A DNA stretch of 64,000 bases from Podarcis melisellensis (Eukaryota). Location of the stretch: NCBI GenBank assembly GCA_964234715.1, contig OZ174279.1, one strand, 5' to 3'. The position numbers were made by a program, and so were the translations under genes. Positions 1 through 11,215 of this stretch are shown here, piece by piece. Below the pieces are notes generated by a model. It saw only the letters and a program-made list of their open reading frames with translations, was not told the origin of the DNA and made no database searches. Within the stretch, counting starts at the first letter, position 1. Each line of letters begins with the position of its first letter.

Positions 1-2585
1 GACAACAACTTAAAGTTCAGGTGTGAGGCACACATCTGTCAAAGTGCTGCAGACTTTCTCCAGAGTTCACACACCTTGTGCTTGTGTCTGATCTTTTGCG
101 AAGTATGTCTACATAAACGCAGACACACAGATCTGTGGGACTTTGTCTCTGATTTCCAATAAGCTAGAGGCTAGCCTGATTCACGTAGGAACCGTGAACC
201 ACCAACTTAAAGGAACAGAACTTCAGTTTCCAAGAAATTATGTGTAGGATCAAACAAGAAAGGATTTAATGCTAATGCTACAACATTTGCACAACTTAAT
301 CCCGCACTCCGTGGCTTGCCATATAATTGCACTGGCTCTCTTCACAAACATTGAATTAGCATCACCGTTTAGCGTGCACTTCATATGGTAGTTTTCCAAA
401 AGTGTAGTTCAAGTATTTGAACAGTAGGAAAAATAGCGTTTTCTCCCTTTATGAAAGGGCATAGTGTTACATGCTCGATATTTCATTTCTGAGTAGAGGC
501 ATGACATGGAAATGATCAGAACAGCAGGAAAAAGTCTTGGGGAAATGTAAAAGGGTATGGAGACATAAGAATGCATTGGAAATGTGTGGCATTTGTGCTC
601 GGCCCCAGTAGTTGCTATTACTGAATCTATATTTCTTCAAGATCTTCAATATGTTCCAGCCCTTTTATTTTTTATGTAAAAAATTCTGTCCTTGTAGCTG
701 TTCACAGATTTTTTGTCTTCAGTGATTTTCGGTTTAGGCTGGTTGTTCTGCTTGCTTCTTCCCCCTCATTTCTTGAATCAATTATATATTTTGACGTCTT
801 CTCTGAGCCTATCTGATTTACTGCAATATATTCACAAAAGGCCAAGTTTTGAAGCAGCATTTAGAAAAAGAAGAAGTGGTAGATTCTCAAAACAAACAAG
901 ATGCTGTTCAATTCCGATTCCTATTTGCTTCCTCATAGGAATTTATTGAATTTCTATCTTGCCCTTCCTTCTGAAGGAGCCCATGCTAGCATTTTATTAT
1001 TCTGAGTTGTTAGTATTGCCATTCATTTTTCTGGTTTTCAGTTGGTTCCTCAAAGTGTCTAGAAGCTAAATCTCTATGTGTGGTGAGTAGATGGATTTTA
1101 TTTCTAGTATAGAAGCATGAATGTGAAGGTTCCTGTCAGTCCCCATGCTGGTGAGGATCCCTTTGAGCTGTTGATAACACGAATACAGAATATGACAGAC
1201 AAAGGGAACTAGACATGTTTATGAAGGATAAGCCTGTCAATGGCTACACCCAATAAATACATCCAATCTTTTACTCTGGAGTCATGATGTGACATGGCAA
1301 AAACTGGAAGGGGAATAAGCAATGGGGCAAGAGCCTGAATGTGTGGTGTATACTAGCCATGTTGGGAACGAGGATGCTAGACTATTGGTCTGACATTCAC
1401 AGAATGGCTCTTACATTAAGAGCCTTTACTAATTTGTAATAGGTATGGGGGCTTGATGAGAGTCTTTGGTATGGGAAAATGCTCCCTGTTTGTAGCTCTA
1501 TGTAATCTAATGGACACTTTTATTTAACCTGCCTCTTGTCTTACCATGAATTGGTCCCTGGATTACGCTGACATTTTTTTCCTGGCATTACAGACTAATA
1601 TGGTTTCTTGTACTTCTTGTTCCTTTGATTAGATTTTTGATCTGATCCTCCCCTCCTGAGTTGCCATGCACTCAGCCAAACCCAGCAAGAATTAAATGAA
1701 AAGGAAACTGAGTTCCGAAGCCCCTTGCAGTATATATCTTGAGAGTGTCCTCCCAGGTCTGTATTCACTTAGTGCAAACAGTTGAACAAAATAATCCACA
1801 GAAGAAAGGACACACACACACTTCAGGTTTTTTAGGGTGAAAGATTTCCCAGATTTGAGCAATCCATATGCTCCTGTGGAGTTGCACAGCATGTACTGTA
1901 AGGTGAATTACGGATGTCTGTAGAACTCCTGCAGTCTAAGAGGTCTGTAGTGCTGTGTGAATGATGTTAAAACGCTGGCTGTTTTATGCAGTATATATTT
2001 ATGAAGAAGGCCCACTCATTTAGTCAACCTGTCACTGTCAAAATTAAAAGAGGTGCTGATATTATAGCAACTTCTGCTGCATTTGTGAATGGCGTAGCCC
2101 AGCTTGCTTGGTTAATCCAGTCTGTTCTAATGATTAATAGAAAAGATTATGCCACCAGCTTAGACCAAACAATGTCTAAGCTGGTTGCTTTTGTCAACTT
2201 TGACCACTTCTTCTCCTGCTGGGAGCCCTGCTGCCTAATCCCAACTGCACGTGTACTGACATCACTTATGTGTTTCTTTATAAAAAATATTTATAGACTG
2301 CGGGTCTGCAAGGCGGTATCCAGCAAATTTTCAAGTACAATAAAACATGAAATACCATGCAAACAGTGCAGAATAACCATAAAGATGATGGGCTCATTTT
2401 GGGAATAGTTTTAAAAACTACCTAGGCCTGGCAGGATAAAAAAAAGTCACCAATAGATGCTTGAAATTCATAGCAAGGATGCCTGCTGAATCTCTGGTGG
2501 ACGAATATTCCACAGCATGGGATGAGCAATGTTAAATGCTCAACTTCTAGGTGAATCCATGTGGGCTTCTGAAACCTCCAGAATT

Positions 2586-2723
2586 CAGCCTTTCTCAACC
2601 TGTGGGTCCTCAGATGTTGTTGGACTACAACTTCCATCACCCCTAGCTAGCAAGGCCAGAGCTCAGGGATGATGGGAATTGTAGTCCAACAACATATGGG
2701 GACCTACAAGTTGAGAACTGCTG
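2586..2723. mobile_element. Palindromic hAT-like MITE
   Basis: ttctcaacctgtgggtcc...atgttgttggactacaa is mirrored by ttgtagtccaacaacat...ggacctacaagttgagaa. Confidence 0.75.
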
Positions 2724-3076
2724 CTACAGGTGGTTTTATTCTTTGGTTTGGGATGATGAAGATGATGAAGAAGATGCTTTTGAATCCACCCATCTGACTG
2801 GGTTGCCCCAGCCACTCTAGGCTGTTGGGATATAAGGGGACTCATTGATATGGGGAAACAGACCTGCCACACACTTGGAGTGGAGCCTGAAAATAGCCAG
2901 ACTTGGCATGCAGAAGCTTCACTCCCTGTCATCTCCTGTTAAAAGAAGCAGCTAATGTGAGAGACCTTTACTGGAGATCCCAGAGGGCAGCTGCCATTCT
3001 GTGTATGAGACTGTGTGAGACTGGGAAAATATTCCAGCCTCTTGCAAGGCAACTTTGTATGCCCCTATGGCAGAGC

Positions 3077-3410
3077 CAATCCACACCATACACCTGAAGC
3101 ATAATAATGCCACCTTAAACAGTCATGGTTTCCACAAATATTTCTGGGAGCTGTAGTTTGTTAAGGGCACTGGGAGTTGTTGGGAGGTCCCACTCCCTAT
3201 GTCCCTCATGGAGCCACAAATGCCAGAGTTCTCCATGAAGAGGGATTGATTGTTAGATCACTCCAGGAATTGTAGCTCTGGGAGCTATCTAGAGGTCTCC
3301 GAACAACTCACAGCACCCTTAACAAACTACAGCTGCCAGAATACTATGGAGGAAGCCATGACTGTTTGAAGTGGGATCACAGTGCTTTTACTCTATGGTG
3401 TGAATGTGGT
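3077..3410. mobile_element. Palindromic MITE; partial relatives at ~54570-54710 and ~55820-55950
   Basis: aaacagtcatggtttcc...gctgtagtttgttaaggg is mirrored by cccttaacaaactacagc...ggaagccatgactgttt. Confidence 0.72.
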
Positions 3411-4445
3411 CACTGTGTCATAATTGTAATGGTAGCCATTGGTGTCTTATGTTATTCTCTGTCATTTTAGTTTAAGCTGAGCTCCTTTTGTACTGACATT
3501 TTAATGGGTTTTAGAAATGTATATTTGTGTATTTTAATACGTTGCACACTTAACCAGGTGGTGAAGAGCAGCATAGAAGCAGATAAGTAAGAAAATGAAG
3601 TGTTACATCATCCCATTACTGGGGCCTAGCTGAATGATGGTTTCTTTCACAGGCAGGGGATTAAGATTAGTGAACAACTGTGTCCTGAAAGCCAAATGGA
3701 GTCATAAAAAATACATCCACAACTCAATGTAGAGATCTGAGTGATTAGCATTAAAATCAAGTGAATGATAGTAAAATCTGACACATGTGCTTTTTATGAT
3801 TGGGTTTCATCTTTAATGCCTTAAGAGGCAAGGAGTGCTGTAGTGTATGGGCATGGGGGATGGTGAGGTGTGTGATCTATGTGCTGGCAGATGTGAGCAT
3901 GCTCGGAATAATTTAACGTACTGATAAGACCTTGGGCTGAGGATGAAACCTGCATGAGTTAGAAAAAGACCTTGATGTCTGCTTTATTTGCACTTTTAGA
4001 AGTATTGAGTACATTGTAACTCGTACTCTAATTAATACATGTCTTTTAGCTGCTTTGCTACACAACTACTTCTAAGGAGCTGTTTAATGCATACCATAAA
4101 CCCTCCTTGCATTTCTCTTTGATGGAGATTTGCAGCATGCAGACAAATTAACTTTAAGCCTTTTGTGCTTCTCTGTTTGGGACTTGGAGATTTTTCCTCC
4201 CTACCCAGAAGTCTATCTTCTACATCTCTGCCAACTTTTTTCACATTTCTAAGAGACAGTTGGGTTTAATTTGTCACAATATAGGGAGAGTTACCATTGT
4301 CTTCCTGTTTTTATTATTTCATTTTGGAAGCAGTATTGTAGATGATAATCTTCAGTTTCTCTGTGAGAGGTTTTATTAATTTAGGGCAGCTTACAGTTTA
4401 CTTGTGAAGAAAAGAAGAAATGAATACTTTGTATGCATTTCAGTA

Positions 4446-4677
4446 CAGTGGTACCTCAGGTTAAGAACTTAATTCGTTCTGGAGGTCTATTCTTAACCTG
4501 AAACTGTTCTTAACCTAACGTTCCACTTTAGCTAATGGGGCCTCCCACTGCCACTGCGCCACTGCCGCACGATTTCTGTTCTCATCCTGAAGCAAAGTTC
4601 TTAACCCGAGGTACTATTTCTGGGCTAGCGGAGTCTGTAACCTGAAGCGTCTGTAACCTGAAGCGTCTGTACCACTG
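4446..4677. mobile_element. Tc1/mariner-type MITE (CAGTGGTACCTC TIR)
   Basis: TA|CAGTGGTAC...GTACCACTG|TA; same family as 31997, 51922 and 63181. Confidence 0.88.
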
Positions 4678-5267
4678 TAATTACCTTTGTTCCTTAGTTC
4701 CCTCCCCTCCACTGATCATATAATATAGTCCAAACAGGTGTGTTCTGTGCCTATGAAGCTCTTAGTGTCAGTTAATGTCAGTGGGAATTGTCCAGAGACT
4801 CTGGGATGGCAGCATGCTGATATATATATACAGCTGTGAATAGCTAGTTCACAGACAAGATTTTGCCTAAGGTTGTAAAATCGGCTGAGGTTTCTTCTAA
4901 AAAGGCACCACCCTCTTGTTTTCCTGTCTGTCTTGGGACCACACGAGACATTGCCTTCCATTGCTTAATAGCATTTTGTCCACCCCAAGGGTGGTGCCCC
5001 CATCTCAGCTGCAAGGTAGGCTCAGTGTCCCACCTGCTGCTTTCAATTGCATCAACATTTGGTGTTTAGCTCTTTTTGTTTGATGTGAAGCCAACACATG
5101 GGATCTCTTGGGTTTTGAGGGATGTGGCTTCTGGCATGTTGAGTAGGTTATGCTGCTTGTCTATAGAGGGTTGAAGTGGTAGGTGGGAGAACTGGAACAA
5201 AGCACTCAAGAGGACATAAATATGGCTTTATATTGCTTCTTCAGAAATAATAAAGCTGCTTCTCTCT

Positions 5268-5670
5268 CAATAATAATAATAATAATTTATTTATACCCCA
5301 CCCATCCGGCTGGGTTTCCTCAGCCACTCTGGGCAGCTCCCAACAGATTAAAAACAGAGTAAAACATCAAACATTAAAAACGTCTGCCTTCAGATGTCTT
5401 CTAAAAGTCAGATCGTTGTTTATTTCCTTGACATCTGATGGAAGGGCATTCCACAGGGAGGGTGCAACCACCAAGAAGGCCTTCTGCCTGGTTCCCTGTA
5501 ACCTTACATCTCGCAGGCAGGGAACCACCAGAAGGCCCTCAGTGCTGGATCTCAGTGTCCGGGCTGAACGATGGGGGTGGAGACACTCCTTTAGGTATAC
5601 TGGGCCGAGGCCATTTAGGGCTTTAAAGGTCAGCACCAACACTTTGAATTGTGCTTGGAAACGTATTGGG
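5268..5670 (-). mobile_element. L2-type LINE 3' fragment
   Basis: Minus-strand ORF ...LPIRFQAQFKVLVLTFKALNGLGPVYLKECL...APSLWNALP is the C-terminus of an L2 ORF2; short-repeat tail. Confidence 0.85.
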
Positions 5671-6775
5671 AGCTTGAGCTTTTTAAACACACACACACAC
5701 ACACACCAACAACAACAACTTGGAGGTATTACAAGAAATATTATGTCCATGTTCAAAGAGCTGAGGGATGAGATGGTATGTTATATATTCTGAATGAAAT
5801 TTCAGTCTGAGTCATAAATCATTTAACTTCTTAGAACACTATGACATGGTTGACTGTGTTTATTTTAGATGGTTTTTAAAACTAAACATAGCACTTTCCA
5901 TTTCAAAGTTTTTTTTAATTCATATTACCCTTTTTCTTCTCAATCACAAAAAGAAAGGATAAAGGCTGAAATATGTTTGAGAAACACCAAAGCTAGAGAA
6001 AACACTGGGATTACAAATTATTTTCCTTGACACCTATGATGAATCTTTCATTCTTCACACTTTATTGTTTTAGTCCTCCTTTTATTGCATTATCCCTCCT
6101 TTTTTAGGGCAGCAGGTTAATTGCTAAGCTTAATGGTAAAAAGAACACACATTGTCTTTTATTCCCATATGTTGAAGAACTTGCCTTAAGGGAATAGGGC
6201 TGCAAGAAAGAAAAGTTCAGAGCACTTGTCATATTTATAGGGAGATGAGAAAATTTCTGGTAAGGGCATAACATTTATGTGTTGCATTTTTTTATTCCAC
6301 CCTTACTCCAAAGAGCCCAAGGAAGTGTATATGACTCCCCAGTAGGGATCCTGGAGAATTCTGTCAAAAATAGAAATGGGAGGGGAAATTGCCAGTGTTT
6401 GTTATTGGTCCCGTGTCTGGAATGAAAATCAATCCTGCGAATACCATTGGTATTTGCAGTTGCTGTTGCTTTTGGTCTGCAAATGATATGTAATTGATTC
6501 CATTTTCCCTGTTCTTAGAGTTCTGTTTCCTTGTATTGAAATTAATGAGATGGAAGAGGATAATGGCAGCATTATGTAATTTGCTGTGATGTAATTTTGC
6601 TATGGTAGATAGTGAGTAATATACTGTTTTACAGGAGATGGACTGCAGCAGAACAGGATGAGTGCTGCATGCATTGAATGTGAACTGTACTGAATTTCTT
6701 TCCCATCTTTCCTTCAGACTAGGATATTTGCAGGATTGACTTCTTCTCTATATTTTTGCCCATTCACTGTGGTCT

Positions 6776-7157
6776 TCTACATTGGCTCCCAGTATGTTTC
6801 CAAACACAATTCAAAATGTTGGTGATGACCTTTAAGGCCCTAAAAAGCATCAGCCCTGTATACCTGAAGGAGCGTCTCCACCCCCAACATTCAGCCTGGT
6901 CACTGAGATCCAGCAGCGAGGGCCTTCTGGCGGTTCCCTCACTGTGAGATGTGAGGTTACAGGGAACTAGGCAGAGGGCCTTCTCAGTAGTGGCACCTGC
7001 CCCGTGGAACGCTCTCCCATCAGATGTTAAGGAGATGACTCTGAAGGCAGCCCTGTATAGACAAGCTTTTTAAGGTTTAATATTTTACTATGTTTTTATA
7101 TATGCTGGAAGCTGCCCAGAGTGGCTGGGACAACCCAGTCAGATGGGCGGGGTACAA

Positions 7158-7204
<47 letters not shown>
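6776..7204 (+). mobile_element. L2-type LINE 3' fragment with (TTA)n tail
   Basis: LHWLPVCFQTQFKMLVMTFKAL...; same family as 5268-5670 in opposite orientation. Confidence 0.85.
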
Positions 7205-7205
<1 letters not shown>

Positions 7206-7261
7206 TACACACCTTGTGGTGCCACATGTTCCAGAGGTTTGTTCAGAAGTTGTTTGGACTA

Positions 7262-7627
7262 GGGTAGAGGGTCCTGTAAAGGACCCCTGGGTGGTTAAGT
7301 CCAGTCAAACTTGACTATGGGTTGCAATGCTCATCTCGCTTCAGGCCAAGAGAGCCAGTGTTTGTCCACAGACAGCTTTCCAGGTCATGTGGCCAGCATG
7401 ACTAAACAGCTTCTGGCACAACAGGACACTGTGATGAGTGTCAGAGCGCACAGAAACGCCGTTTACTTTCCTACCACAGTGGTACCTATTTATCTACTTT
7501 CACTGGCATTCTTTCAAACTGCTAGGTTGGCAGGAGCAGGGACAGAGCAATGGGAGCTCACCCCGTCACGGGGACTTGAACTGCTGACCTTCCAATTGCC
7601 AAGAGGCTCAGTGGTTTATACCACAGC
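7262..7627 (-). mobile_element. Sauria SINE, diverged copy
   Basis: Matches the other four copies (ggtcatgtggccagcatgact, gctaggttggcaggagcagggac). Confidence 0.85.
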
Positions 7628-8132
7628 AAAGCAGCCCTTGCCCATTCTCCCCACTGAAGATTTTCCTGGATAAGAGAAGTGCTTCCATCATGTATGGGTG
7701 CTTTTTTAGATTGTATCAAATAAAGCATTTTGAATCCTCCTTTTTTATATATACAGAAGGACTTGAAATGATTGCCTCTTGTGAAGGCACCCATTAAAAC
7801 AAAGCCCACAGTTTCAGTGTGTTTCTAACTGAGGTTAGAAAGCACTTCTCTTTGCTTTCTTGCCTGTTTTGCATTGCGGCATGGCTCCCAAATTCATGTT
7901 TAATTTGTGTTATTGACACATAGGGGCTGATCTGTGCTGTTGAAGGATAAAGGCTAACTCTGCTGTAATCCTAAGCATACTTACTGGAAAGTAATTTCCA
8001 TTGAAATAAATGGATCCTACACCTGAGGTAATAATTCAGGACTGAAGGACCAGACACCACTGGCATAAGCAATCAGCATCTTTCTTATGCCACTACCGAT
8101 CTTCAGGAGGGGGTGGAGTTGCGGGCTCACGA

Positions 8133-8315
8133 CCCGCCCACACTCTTGCGGGGCTGAGGTCAGCCCCGCGGGAATTGCAGGGAGTCCCCAGTCACCCCGC
8201 CCACGCTCCCACGAGGCTGAGGTCAGCCTCGCGGGAATCAGGGATTCCCCAGTCACACCCCCGCGCGCCAGCCAATCGGCTGGCGGCCGGGGCGGGCCTT
8301 CCAGAGGCCACATAA
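8133..8315 (+). promoter_or_regulatory. LTR-type enhancer/promoter: two ~62-bp tandem units plus CCAAT, GC box and TATA-like CATAA
   Basis: Units 8133-8195 and 8196-8256. Each has CCGCCCAC (Sp/KLF/EGR-like), a hairpin-palindrome centred on TGAGGTCA, GCGGGAA (E2F-like) and an NF-kB consensus (GGGAGTCCCC 8180-8189; GGGATTCCCC 8241-8250). Confidence 0.6.
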
Positions 8316-8403
8316 GGTCGGGGCAGCCCCCGGCTCGCCCCTTTTCTCCCTGGCTGCGAGCGCGATTTCCCACCCACCCACCCTTTAGGTTCCGCCATCG
8401 ACC

Positions 8404-8511
8404 TTGCTATGGGCTTCGGCTGGTCGCCGCTTGGGGCCAGGTAGGAATTTTTCCCATTTGGCTAATTGGCTGGTTCGGGAGCCACTTGGTTTTTCGCCTA
8501 CCTCGTAGCAA
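8404..8511 (+). ncRNA. Predicted structured RNA domain with an ENE-like U-rich internal loop
   Basis: AGGUAGG (8439-8445) pairs with CCUACCU (8497-8503). Two UUUUU runs (8448-8452, 8490-8494) face each other and are closed above by CC/GG. Outer helix UUGCUAUG (8404-8411) pairs with CGUAGCAA (8504-8511). Confidence 0.55.
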
Positions 8512-11215
8512 TTCGTCACAACTTTCCCGGTTGGCGGTAGGCATTGGCCGGGGTATTGTCATGCAAATGAGGTGGGGGGGAGGAGCGCCATCACCTCCCC
8601 CAAAGATTGAAGGGTAGTTCGTTAAAGGACTCCGAGGGGCGACGCCTCGTCCGAAACCTACGGAGGCTAGGGCCTAAAGCGCGCCCCCGAGCGGTAACCC
8701 CTCGGGGAGCGCCTAGGGATACGCATCTCGGGTAGCTCCCCCTGTTGGTGTTTAACCCTTCCCGGTTAGATCGGATAGTCGGTTAGGGGCCAATGCCTAA
8801 AGCCAATACCTCTCTTTCCTGTAATCAATAAAGTTGTGGCCATTTTCGCCCATTAACTTAAATTCTTGTGTCCTGTGTCTTTATTCATTACACCTGTGGG
8901 GGGGAGGAAATAGCCACGCAACACACTTTTATTTAGAAGAGATTGATGTAAGTGGCTTTTATTAAGCAAACATTACTGGGTTACAAGAGTACTGTATTTG
9001 ATTTTCAGAGGTGATGTGAATGGTTGTTGATGAGAATAAATGAGTGAAGGAAAATTGGGTGCTAGATTTAACCGGGAAGCTTTGCTCTGTGTTTATTTCT
9101 GTGTGCCTTTGCTAGCTTGAATGAGATTGTAGTGAAAATGAAGTATCAAGCTGTTGTTATGTAGATTCCCCCTTAAACACTGCTGGGATTATTGTTTGCT
9201 TTTACTAATAAAGTGTATAACATGCCTTATGTTGTCTTATGTTGCAGCTTTTGCTTTTGTTCTTTTGCATTATGTTGCAGCTAAGGATTGCCCTCTGGAG
9301 TGTTGCAGCTTAGTATAACTGCCGCTCTTTTTCTTCCTATAAAATTATGAAAACCCTTCACATCTCTTTTACCTACAGTAGATCTGTTGTATTTCAATAG
9401 GAGTCTGATAGTCAAACCATATCTCCCCAGTCATCTCTGAACAGAAAATGGTGAAGAGTTACTCATTCCAGGATTGTGTTTTAATTGAAAATATTGGACA
9501 TTAAAGGGGGGGGGGATGGAGAGACATAATTTTTGTAGTAGAGATTGCTCTAGACCTTGATGACATGAGTGATGAAATAGGCAAGGCAAAGCAACAGAAA
9601 GAAACTAGGAGGTGGAGTAGCATGAGGACTGGACTGAAATACAAGACCAGATTGATTCAGAGCTTGGCTGAGACAGGCCCAGAGAGGCCTCTGAAAACAA
9701 GGAACAGGGGGATATACTGATATTTTCTTCTGACAAGATCAATTGTAGGGATAACCTATTGACTTCTTCAGAAAGCCTCTGGTACTGAGTGCCATGGAGG
9801 ATCGGTAACTGCATTTTGGTCCAGATAACCTGATTCTTTCTAGGTTAGTACTTTATGTGTATAGTAAATTATTCTTTGTTCAGTAAAATAGAGTAAGGAA
9901 TCCCAAAAAAACTTCTTTCCAGCTACGTTAAAATAGCATATATATATATATTTAAAAAGTGGCAGCTCTTAATTATATGCAGCATTGGTGGAATCTTTCA
10001 CAGCCTGAGGATGTCCACATTGTGCTCTTTTATACACAGAGCTCACTTACATGCAGGAAATCACACAGTAGTTCCCAGCTGTAGAATATAACGTATGTTT
10101 GTGTGTGTATGTGTGTGTGTATTCGTGCAAATTTTCTGTGTGTATAAGTGATTTTAAAATTTCTTATTGCTTCTTCCCAAGAAACACAGACCTGTTGCAA
10201 ACCACTAGCAAAGGGTTAATGGCTTTGTGATTGTTTAGTGTGAGTGCTTGTAAAAGCTTATAGTGAGCAGTGAAAAAGCACCTGTTATTTCCCCCTCCCT
10301 CCCTCCCTCCCTCCCCCCCTTCCACATTTCAATAGCTTATGCATGTGGCTCTCATATAGGAATTCAGTATTGGAGCTCAATATCATGTTCACATGCTCTA
10401 GAGTGCTAAGGGCCTCTCTAGAATTCAAAAGGTAGTGACACAGAATCGCCCCATCACAGAGTGTGCAGTGAATAGCTGCAGGGTCTCAAAGCCTCTTGAT
10501 TTCTAAATAACTAAGCAGTTGAAGTTACCGTACTTCCCCCCCACCAAACCCAATTACAATGTTCAGCATCAAACATTCTATGCCTCCCTATCTTTGTGTT
10601 TCTGCTCCCTATCTTTGTGCAGCATAGATGCAGACACTTAGCTGCTGCACCGTGAAGCTAATTTTGTTATTTGTGGGCTGCTTTAAGCTATTTGAAGAAG
10701 GTGGAATCGTGCTAGCAACTTGGTATAAATATATCCCTATGAGCAAGGAACAAGACTGTAGCCCTTGCAATTTGGATAGGGCATGGTTGACATACCCTAA
10801 CCCCCACCCAAAAAAGAATTGGGAAGAGGTATCCATACTCTTCTCAGGCAAGTGGTGCCATAAAAGTCTATCGTAGGAGTCGACTCCATAGCACACAACA
10901 TCAAAGAAGAATATTGTGTTTCATCTTTATACTAGGTGTGTTCGTATTGCTGATTTGTGAGTTGAAAGGGAGGGTTTGTACAGTATTCTATTTTTATTAT
11001 TTTTGGAACTGCTGTCGTGTATGTCGTCCTGAGTGTTGCTCATAAAGGCAGCCTAAACACATTTAAAATAAAATGAAGTATTGGGAGAGTTAGGTTTTTT
11101 CACAGACTGGGCTAAACTAATTGAAAAACAGGTAGTTCATTACCAGCTGAGTAGCTTTTCAATAGCAACTTAGAACTATCCAGACCATTCTTTGTTATGT
11201 AGATATAACTATGCA

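Larger units (their letters stand above)
8024..8923 (+). mobile_element. CpG-rich LTR-like element (probable solo LTR), copy 1; 5' boundary uncertain (8024 or ~8117)
   Basis: Abrupt GC/CpG-rich block in AT-rich intron. U3-R-U5-like order: duplicated enhancer 8133-8256, CCAAT 8272-8276, GC box 8289-8297, CATAA 8311-8315, AATAAA 8827-8832, GT-rich downstream tract, ends ...CGCAACA. Bases 8530-8923 are homologous to the reverse complement of 24561-25350. No clean TSD found. Confidence 0.7.

Noticed and set aside
38-345. miR-17 and miR-92/363 seed-like words (caaagtgc, aattgcac), checked because such clusters neighbour GPC3/GPC5
   Set aside because: Only the seed matches; no mature-sequence match or precursor hairpin.
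5367-5793. 129-aa and 125-aa ORFs
   Set aside because: L2 ORF2 remnant and its antisense frame, not host genes.
6630-6695. ttttacag|GAGATGGACTGCAG as a possible exon 2 start (GDGLQ)
   Set aside because: In-frame stop within ~20 codons and no CCT motif.
8017-8617. GC-rich ORFs of 176, 118 and 68 aa
   Set aside because: By-products of the GC-rich LTR-like element; Pro/Arg/Gly-biased with no recognisable domain.
8627-8670. GGAC...GTCC-GAAAC as a possible hammerhead stem II plus GAAA
   Set aside because: No CUGANGA core upstream, and GAAA is not conserved in copy 2.
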